From the IMG/VR virus record IMGVR_UViG_3300025128_006668, positions 1 through 64,000 of that record: 64,000 nt of DNA; one strand, written 5' to 3'. The notes beneath the pieces are model-generated. The model made no database searches. It was not told the origin of the DNA and was given only the letters and a program-made list of their open reading frames with translations. Source of the DNA: a virus. The translations under genes were made by a program, and so were the position numbers. This document shows positions 57,687-64,000 of the stretch, piece by piece (within the stretch, counting starts at the first letter, position 1; the number at the start of each line of letters is the position of its first letter).

Positions 57687-58812
57687 TGGATATGATTATT
57701 CTAAGATTAATGCTCTTTGCAAATATGCAATGCAATATCTAGATGAGATATACTCGTACTTTGGAATATCCGCTGCCTACAAAAATGAGGTGCTGGTTAA
57801 GTCTGTTTGCCCTATTCATGGTGGAGACAATGATACCGCCCTTAACATGTACTACAATGGGGATTATAAAATACACTACAAGTGCAGAACCCACCAGTGC
57901 GAAGAGATTTTTGGGAACGGATTCATAGGCTTTATAAAGGGCTGTATATCTAGAACTAAATATGGCTGGGAAAAAGAAGGCGACAAGGAGGCGACATTTA
58001 AAGAAGCTGTAAATTTTTTAACAGGCTTCCTAAATCAAGACCTAAGCAAGTTTGAATCCTCTAGTAAGAGTGTAGAGAAGATGAAGTTTGGAGCTATGGT
58101 CAATGCCATTTCTTCAGATGCCCCAAAAAAGAGTGGGATTACTAGAGAGCTGTACCGATCTAGGGTTCAAGTGCCTTGTGAGTATTATGTCAAGAGAGGG
58201 TTCTCGTCACAAGTGCTCGACGAGTATGATGTTGGCTATTGTGATAATCCAAATAAACCTATGTTCGGAAGAGCAGTGGTTCCTATATATGACAACAACC
58301 ATGAGTTTATCGTAGGATGCACAGGTAGGAGCGTGTTTGAGAAGTGTCCAAAGTGTTCAGGCTATCATGATCCTACTAAAAAATGTCATCATTCTCCGAA
58401 ATGGCTTCACAGCAAAGGATTTCAGAAGCAAAAATGGCTGTATAATTATTGGACAGCTAAGGAGCATATATCCAAAACGGGCGTTGCGATTCTAGTTGAA
58501 TCTCCCGGAAATGTTTGGAGACTTGCTGAAGCTGGCATAAGGAATGTAGTTGCGATTTTTGGAACAGCATTTAACAACGACCAAAAGAACTTACTAGATG
58601 AATCTGGAGCGCTGTCTCTGATATGCCTTATGGATAACGATGAGGCTGGCAAGAAGGCAGCAAAGAAGATTGAAGAGCAATGCTCTAGGCTCTATAGAAT
58701 ATATTTCCCTAGCTTTGATGCTTCGGATATTGCAGAACTTAATGTTGACAAGGTTACGTCTGACATTAAACCTTTTATTGAAAACGCCATGAATATTTAT
58801 AAGGAGATCTAA
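57643..58812 (+). CDS. dnaG: DNA primase (CHC2 Zn finger plus TOPRIM)
   Basis: CPIHGGDN...CRTHQC, R.V.PI, GR, LVESPG, DND.AG. Confidence 0.88.
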   Translation: MISLMNQKTTSRSSSGYDYSKINALCKYAMQYLDEIYSYFGISAAYKNEVLVKSVCPIHGGDNDTALNMYYNGDYKIHYKCRTHQCEEIFGNGFIGFIKGCISRTKYGWEKEGDKEATFKEAVNFLTGFLNQDLSKFESSSKSVEKMKFGAMVNAISSDAPKKSGITRELYRSRVQVPCEYYVKRGFSSQVLDEYDVGYCDNPNKPMFGRAVVPIYDNNHEFIVGCTGRSVFEKCPKCSGYHDPTKKCHHSPKWLHSKGFQKQKWLYNYWTAKEHISKTGVAILVESPGNVWRLAEAGIRNVVAIFGTAFNNDQKNLLDESGALSLICLMDNDEAGKKAAKKIEEQCSRLYRIYFPSFDASDIAELNVDKVTSDIKPFIENAMNIYKEI

Positions 58813-59061
58813 ATGACTTACAGAGAAAGTGCTATTGAGTTTCTATGGAGAAGCGCACTAACTGACCAATCAAAAGCACTCGCATCGCTACAGCTTCTGC
58901 TGGATCACGGTACAGGTATCGGAGACCATTCAACAGAAGACCTGCACTCAAATCTTGAGGATGCGTTATCTACGCTTGCTGACGCTGAGGATAGACTTGA
59001 GACTTTAAATAAATACTTCCGTCCGCCAGAGGGCGAAGAGCAACAGTCAGAGGAGGTATAA
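58813..59061 (+). CDS. hypothetical phage protein
   Basis: GIGDHST motif, helical; AAGGAG RBS. Confidence 0.7.
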   Translation: MTYRESAIEFLWRSALTDQSKALASLQLLLDHGTGIGDHSTEDLHSNLEDALSTLADAEDRLETLNKYFRPPEGEEQQSEEV

Positions 59062-59063
59062 CT

Positions 59064-59837
59064 ATGACTCAAATTCTAGGCTTTGCCGGCAAAAAACAAA
59101 GCGGCAAAAATACTTTATGTAACTATATAGTAGCTATGAAGCTGGCTGAGCTTGGAATATGCTCTGAGTCTAGACTGTCAACTTCCGGAGACATAGAGAT
59201 TACAGATGTATTCGGGGAGAAAAAGAAAGGTGTAGAGTGGATTCCGTTTTCTCAGGAAAACATGAATGTAGAACTACTAAGGACAGAGCATCTGGATAAG
59301 TATGTGAAAATTTATGGCCTTGCAGATACACTCAAGGATATGTGTGTTAATATTTTAGGGCTCTCTCACGATCAAGCATACGGTACAGATGAGGATAAAA
59401 ACTCAAACTCTACCATCAAATGGGAGGATATTCCTACTTGGGAAAACAGCAGCCTAAATAAAAACAGGGGCTTTATGACCGCTAGGGAAGTGCTCCAGTA
59501 TGTGGGTACGGATATATTTAGAAAGCTAGATCCAGACGTGTGGATAAAAAGTCTATTGAGAAAAATAGAAAAAGACTCTCCTGAGCTTGCTCTTATATGC
59601 GATGTTAGATTTGAGAATGAAGTCTTGCACCTTAAAGATGCTGGGGCTACTGTAATTGGTCTCACAAAAGATAAGTTCAAGGGTCAGGATGTACACTCTA
59701 GTGAAGCGTTAGTGCAGGATGCTCTTGATAATTGCTCCTTCCTTATTCAGAACGAAGATATGACAATACAGCAGCAGTGCCTCAAGCTTTATGAGATACT
59801 ATCTGACAGAACCAATCTCCTTCCGAAGGTCTTATAA
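59064..59837 (+). CDS. deoxynucleoside monophosphate kinase
   Basis: GKKQSGKN, AD.LK, T.REVLQ..GTD, DVRF.NE, H.SE. Confidence 0.88.
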   Translation: MTQILGFAGKKQSGKNTLCNYIVAMKLAELGICSESRLSTSGDIEITDVFGEKKKGVEWIPFSQENMNVELLRTEHLDKYVKIYGLADTLKDMCVNILGLSHDQAYGTDEDKNSNSTIKWEDIPTWENSSLNKNRGFMTAREVLQYVGTDIFRKLDPDVWIKSLLRKIEKDSPELALICDVRFENEVLHLKDAGATVIGLTKDKFKGQDVHSSEALVQDALDNCSFLIQNEDMTIQQQCLKLYEILSDRTNLLPKVL

Positions 59838-60875
59838 ATGTCAATACCTATAGTCTACTTTAGAAGTAGCTCTTTCAACTCACACAGAATGTGTCCTATG
59901 CAATATTACATGGAATATACTCTTGGTTGGAGAGGGTCATCTGGAAAGAAAGCTGACAAAGGAACTATTGTTCATAAGGTTCTTGAGTTGTGCGCACTTG
60001 CAAAGAAAGCCTTGCAAGATGGTCATGAAATTTTTAAAGATAATGAGATTGGTGAGATAGAAACTGCTAACTATGATACAGAATATCTAGATGAAATTAT
60101 TGATAGGGTATACGAATATTATACATCTAGAACTACACATCATGACTGGAAGCCATTAGACCTAAAGCATTGCCGAAAATGGGTTTGGAAAATATTCAAT
60201 GACGACGACGGATTCTTTGATCCTAAGAACAGAACAGTTGTAGAAGCAGAACCACACTTTGACTTTGAAGTAGATGAAGAATGGGCAGAATATAGTTATA
60301 CCTTAGATGATGGTACCGTCTTGGAGGGGAAGCTAGCGCTAAAGGGAACAATAGACCTTATAACAGATGTGGGAGACGGAGTCTATGAGATAATAGACTG
60401 GAAGACTGGCCGCAGACTTGACTGGGCTACAGGAAAAGAAAAGACGATGGCAAAGTTGCAGAAAGATCCACAGCTAAGGATGTATCATCTAGCATGCAAA
60501 AAGCTTTACCCAGATGTAGAAACATTTTTAGTAACTATCCACTTCATGAATGACGGCGGTCCTTTTACACTCCATTTTCAAGATAGCGATATACCTGAGA
60601 CATTAGAGATGATAAGGGCAAAATTTGAGACAATTAAAGACACTAACTTTCCTCAACAAATAAAGTCATGGAAATGCAGCAAGCTTTGTTCTGCGGGAAA
60701 AACCACATACGAAGGAACAGATGTCAAAGTCATGGGCAACATGTTTGGAGCTCCGCTAACAAAGTGCCAGCAGACAGAAGCTATGATAAAAGAGAACGGA
60801 ATAGAGTGGGTGACAAGTAACTGTATGTCCCCAGAACATGAAATAGGTAAGTATAAAGCTCCCGGAGAAGTATGA
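59838..60875 (+). CDS. Cas4/AddB-like PD-(D/E)XK exonuclease
   Basis: N-terminal CP, GT.VH, GTIDL, IIDWKTG, QL.MY, C-terminal C...C...C. Confidence 0.85.
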   Translation: MSIPIVYFRSSSFNSHRMCPMQYYMEYTLGWRGSSGKKADKGTIVHKVLELCALAKKALQDGHEIFKDNEIGEIETANYDTEYLDEIIDRVYEYYTSRTTHHDWKPLDLKHCRKWVWKIFNDDDGFFDPKNRTVVEAEPHFDFEVDEEWAEYSYTLDDGTVLEGKLALKGTIDLITDVGDGVYEIIDWKTGRRLDWATGKEKTMAKLQKDPQLRMYHLACKKLYPDVETFLVTIHFMNDGGPFTLHFQDSDIPETLEMIRAKFETIKDTNFPQQIKSWKCSKLCSAGKTTYEGTDVKVMGNMFGAPLTKCQQTEAMIKENGIEWVTSNCMSPEHEIGKYKAPGEV

Positions 60876-62221
60876 TGTACGCAACAGAGATTAGTCGAGG
60901 AAGGAAGCTGCTAATACCTAAAAGCAACATACAGGCAGAACAGTTTATTCAGAAGGAAGCAGCGTTCTTTATGTCCTGTGTTAATGCTTATATAAGGGAG
61001 CTACTAGAGTGGATAAACATATCTGACTTTGAAGTTACTGGCATAACTGATCATGGAGAAGTGTACCTAAGAGAAGAAGATAACGGTTTCTTTGTTGGGC
61101 CAAACGGAGGGTTCTTCGCACCAATAACAAAGAGAAAGAATGGAGAGCCGTTTGCGAAACCAAAGTGGAGTGATACACAGCTAAAGGCGATGTTTTGTAA
61201 TGTATTTAATGAGACGCATACTCATGATTCTTGCGCGTCTTGGAAATTAAATATTATTGCTAACGGTGCTAATAAGATAAAGTCCTCTATAAAGCGATTC
61301 AAAAAGAGGGGCGACTCATATGCTGATTATATCAAAGACATGAAACCGCCTGTTATAACCAACCCTACTATCTGCCACAAAAAGGCTTTAGCAAAGATTA
61401 AAGATGATGCCTTAGTAATAAGAGGGGCTAACAAACAGGAGGTCAAGATAAAAGACTTTTTTATACCCTACAAAAAGTATACAAAAGTTCATAAGAAGAC
61501 ATTTGGAGGAAACTTAGTTTTATCGAAAAAGAAAAATAGTAAGCATAACGAATACACTATAATGATCAAGTGCAAAAAGCATTTCTATTCTCCTTTAGGA
61601 TGGATAGGTATGGACATAAACAAATACAACCCTGAGTGGCTTGCCATAGCGGAAGATGCCAAAGATGGTTTCTACAACATACTTCCTAAGCCTGATAATA
61701 TTGATAAGATAGAAAAGATTAGAGATGACATAGACAAGATGATCGACAACAAGGAAAGATCATCAGGATCGACTAAGAGAAGAGCAAGATTAAGAAAAGC
61801 AAAAGATAGGGCTGTATCAGCGTATAGAAGAGAAATCAAAAAGTTTTTACTCCCGATGTTAGACTTCGTACAGTTATGTCGATTTGGACTTTGCTTAGAC
61901 GGTGTTGCTACAAAAGGAAGAAGCTTTGGTCAGCAAGAAATAAATTCTATACTTGAGAAAGAATGTATAAAGAGAAACATTCCCTTTGCTATGACAAATC
62001 CTAGAATGACTACTAGGTCTTGTTATTATTGCGAAGAGAATAATCCTAGGCCTAAAACCTCTGGGCCAGATGCGGGAGTCTACATTTGTGGAAACCCTCT
62101 TTGTCCTAAGTTTGAGTCTAGGGAAATTCCCCATGTAAATGCCGCTAGAAACATAGCAAGGCAGGGTAAGAAACGCTTTCTAGAGTCGGCGGTAGAAGAG
62201 GGTATAGCTAGCCCTGCTTAA
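60872..62221 (+). CDS. tnpB: TnpB/Cas12f-like RNA-guided protein with altered RuvC site
   Basis: RuvC-I IGMDIN, RuvC-II LCLDGV, NPRMTTRSCYYC...CGNPLC Zn finger, RuvC-III PHVNAARNI. Confidence 0.8.
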   Translation: MMYATEISRGRKLLIPKSNIQAEQFIQKEAAFFMSCVNAYIRELLEWINISDFEVTGITDHGEVYLREEDNGFFVGPNGGFFAPITKRKNGEPFAKPKWSDTQLKAMFCNVFNETHTHDSCASWKLNIIANGANKIKSSIKRFKKRGDSYADYIKDMKPPVITNPTICHKKALAKIKDDALVIRGANKQEVKIKDFFIPYKKYTKVHKKTFGGNLVLSKKKNSKHNEYTIMIKCKKHFYSPLGWIGMDINKYNPEWLAIAEDAKDGFYNILPKPDNIDKIEKIRDDIDKMIDNKERSSGSTKRRARLRKAKDRAVSAYRREIKKFLLPMLDFVQLCRFGLCLDGVATKGRSFGQQEINSILEKECIKRNIPFAMTNPRMTTRSCYYCEENNPRPKTSGPDAGVYICGNPLCPKFESREIPHVNAARNIARQGKKRFLESAVEEGIASPA

Positions 62222-62246
62222 GGCTCTACGATAACATAAATAGCTA
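62175..62246 (+). ncRNA. pseudoknotted RNA motif, copy B (overlaps the tnpB stop)
   Basis: CTTTC, P1 TAGAGTC/GGCTCTA, inner stem AGGGT/GCCCT, loop TAGCTA pairing with tail TAGCTA. Confidence 0.75.
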
Positions 62247-62250
62247 CTAG

Positions 62251-62325
62251 CCTTTCTACTGTCGGGCATATAGTTAAGTGGGCGACCAGCTTAAACTGAG
62301 GCAGTACGTAATTCTTATTGGTCGC
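62251..62325 (+). ncRNA. pseudoknotted RNA motif, copy C
   Basis: CTTTC, P1 TACTGTC/GGCAGTA, inner stem TTAAG/CTTAA, loop GCGACCA pairing with tail TGGTCGC. Confidence 0.75.
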
Positions 62326-62342
62326 TTTTAAAAGGATGTATA

Positions 62343-62888
62343 ATGATAAAGCTAGACTTCACAGAAGAGATGGTGAAAAGTGCTAGAGAAAAAGCACAAT
62401 CTCTCGGGGCCATAAATAACTCTATACTCAAGGGCGGTGGAAATGTTGCCGGATACCTTGGAGAGGAGGCTCTTGCTCCGTTTATCGGCGCTGAAATAGT
62501 CAGTAACAATAGAGGTCTAGATAAGTACAATCATGACCTACTCCTACAAGATGGTCACAGAATAGAGGTTAAAACAAAAAGGAGGACTGTCGCGCCAAAA
62601 CCTTACTACGACGTATCTGTTGCCAAAACAAGCAAGCACCAACAGCCAGACATATATGCTTTTATTAGTATAGAATTTCAAAGGGCTAGCTCAGGGCATC
62701 CTAAACAATATTTCGGACTAAAGAACATCTGGCTATGTGGATTTATGGGCGCACACGACTACTGGGATATGGCAAAACTGTGGAAAAGTGGACAAATTGA
62801 CAAAAGAAATAACTTCAAAACTCATGTTGACATGTATAATTTAGAGATAGCGGATTTACACAAAGACTTGTCAGGAATACTTGTATGA
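62343..62888 (+). CDS. PD-(D/E)XK nuclease-like protein
   Basis: G.LGE, HD.......IEVKTK, D.Y.F. Confidence 0.75.
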   Translation: MIKLDFTEEMVKSAREKAQSLGAINNSILKGGGNVAGYLGEEALAPFIGAEIVSNNRGLDKYNHDLLLQDGHRIEVKTKRRTVAPKPYYDVSVAKTSKHQQPDIYAFISIEFQRASSGHPKQYFGLKNIWLCGFMGAHDYWDMAKLWKSGQIDKRNNFKTHVDMYNLEIADLHKDLSGILV

Positions 62889-64000
62889 AATACGTACCTT
62901 TACACGTGCATAGCGAATACTCATTACTAGACGGATTATCTAAAACATCAGATATTTACAGTCGTCTAGAACAAATAGAAACAGATGCATGTGCCCTAAC
63001 CGATCATGGAAGCGTCAGTGGCGCTGTTGATTTTCATAAGACTATATCCAAGGGATACAAACCTATTCTTGGGTGTGAGCTTTATCTTTCCACGCAGAGT
63101 GCAAAAATAAAAGAGCCCGACAATTCTAAGCTTATGCATCAAGTTGTTCTTGCTAAAGACCTAGAAGGATGGAAAAAGCTTCTAGCTCTTGTTTCTCAAA
63201 GTAATCGACCAGATAATTTCTACTACAAACCTAGAATAGGTCTCGATGAGTTCTTGCAGAGCTGCGCATCTGATTACTCCTTAGTATCATTCAGTGGTCA
63301 TTTGGGATCTAGACTTGGGAATTTATGCTTGAACAATGCTGACTGGAGAAGAGATGCCGCAAGAGAGGCAGAGAGGATGCAGGAGTCTTTTGGCAAGGGA
63401 AACTTTTTTATAGAGATCCAGCTTATAGACTCGCTAATAAATAAAGAAGCAAAAGAAGTTGCAGAGAAGTTAAGAGAGATAGCTAATATAACTAGGATAC
63501 CTACTGTTGCCACCCCCGATGCACACTATTGCAGAAGAGAAGATGCTCATGACCAAAGGGTCCTTTTGTGTACTGCCCTTAGGAAAAGCATAGGTGAGAT
63601 ACAGAGGGAAATAAAGCAGGGCAAGTCAGCAGCTATGGAAACCTTCTTTAAGTCTGACAACTACCATATTCCTACATATGAAGAAATGAAAGAGCACCAT
63701 ACAGATGAAGAGTTAGATAATACTCTAGCTATAGCCGATATGTGTTCTAGCTATGAAATATTAGGGCCTCCTAACCCTCCTGAATTTAAATGCCCTGACG
63801 GAATGTCTCCTAATGATTATCTCCGGGCCTTATGCAGAGATGGTTGGCGCACAAAAATGGCTCATGTAACAAAAGGTGATGAGCTTTTCTTAGGCTATGG
63901 GCAGCGGGTAGATAAAGAGATAGATATTTTTACTGAGACCAATCTCTCTAGCTACTTCTTGATAGTGCGAGATATCGTCGAAGAAGCTACAAAAAGGGGA
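62885..64000 (+). CDS. dnaE: DNA polymerase III alpha subunit, truncated by the window end
   Basis: Read by hand: LHVHSEYSLLDG, ALTDHG, KPILGCELY, FYYKPRI, DAHY; runs off the window. Confidence 0.93.
   Translation, partial: MKYVPLHVHSEYSLLDGLSKTSDIYSRLEQIETDACALTDHGSVSGAVDFHKTISKGYKPILGCELYLSTQSAKIKEPDNSKLMHQVVLAKDLEGWKKLLALVSQSNRPDNFYYKPRIGLDEFLQSCASDYSLVSFSGHLGSRLGNLCLNNADWRRDAAREAERMQESFGKGNFFIEIQLIDSLINKEAKEVAEKLREIANITRIPTVATPDAHYCRREDAHDQRVLLCTALRKSIGEIQREIKQGKSAAMETFFKSDNYHIPTYEEMKEHHTDEELDNTLAIADMCSSYEILGPPNPPEFKCPDGMSPNDYLRALCRDGWRTKMAHVTKGDELFLGYGQRVDKEIDIFTETNLSSYFLIVRDIVEEATKRG

Noticed and set aside
62175-62325. Hammerhead ribozyme on the minus strand (GAAAG) or an HDV/pistol ribozyme
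   Set aside because: No CUGANGA core; the minus strand turns G-U pairs into C-A mismatches; topology does not fit HDV or pistol across all copies
59838-62340. CRISPR-Cas locus (Cas4 plus Cas12f plus array)
   Set aside because: No identical direct repeats with unique spacers and no cas1/cas2; solo Cas4-like nucleases are common in phage replication modules
60872-62340. Active IS200/IS605 or IS607 element
   Set aside because: No tnpA or serine recombinase, no left-end hairpin or spacer sequence; the ORF is coupled directly to the upstream gene
62326-62345. Sequence after RNA copy C as a guide against phage promoters (GGATGTATAAT versus GGGTGTATAAT at 36558)
   Set aside because: The match is short and AT-rich and is more simply the RBS or a -10 box of the next gene; cannot be supported
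745-63513. Minus-strand and nested alternative-frame ORFs in the track
   Set aside because: Shadows of well-supported + strand genes with no recognisable motifs

Overview
About 64 kb of an AT-rich, densely packed, entirely + strand large dsDNA bacteriophage genome. The host is probably a planctomycete, inferred from four DUF1501 genes and a planctomycete-style secreted Pro/Tyr-rich protein. In order, the window holds: 4 tRNAs; ruvB preceded by an unusual Zn-ribbon/RuvA-C-terminal protein; a ~17.5 kb glycan/nucleotide-sugar island containing a tmRNA; an FKBP/radical SAM/IscA/SufB block; ssb, dut, clpP and a degenerate deoC; a paralogous family of probable virion proteins; a structured RNA ahead of nrdAB; four DUF1501 genes interleaved with small Cys-rich ORFs; phoH; and a replication module (recA, dnaB, primase, dNMP kinase, Cas4-like nuclease, dnaE cut off by the window end). 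Most notable observations: (1) a ~70-75 nt pseudoknotted RNA motif with compensatory base changes, present in three copies. Two lie in tandem at the 3' end of a TnpB/Cas12f-like gene with altered RuvC catalytic residues, and one stands alone 7 kb upstream. Both loci sit directly before a PD-(D/E)XK nuclease gene. (2) A 94-codon ORF with an in-frame UGA followed by a SECIS-like hairpin, a candidate phage selenoprotein. (3) A ~200 nt riboswitch-like RNA upstream of nrdA. All calls are by eye from motifs; no searches were run.
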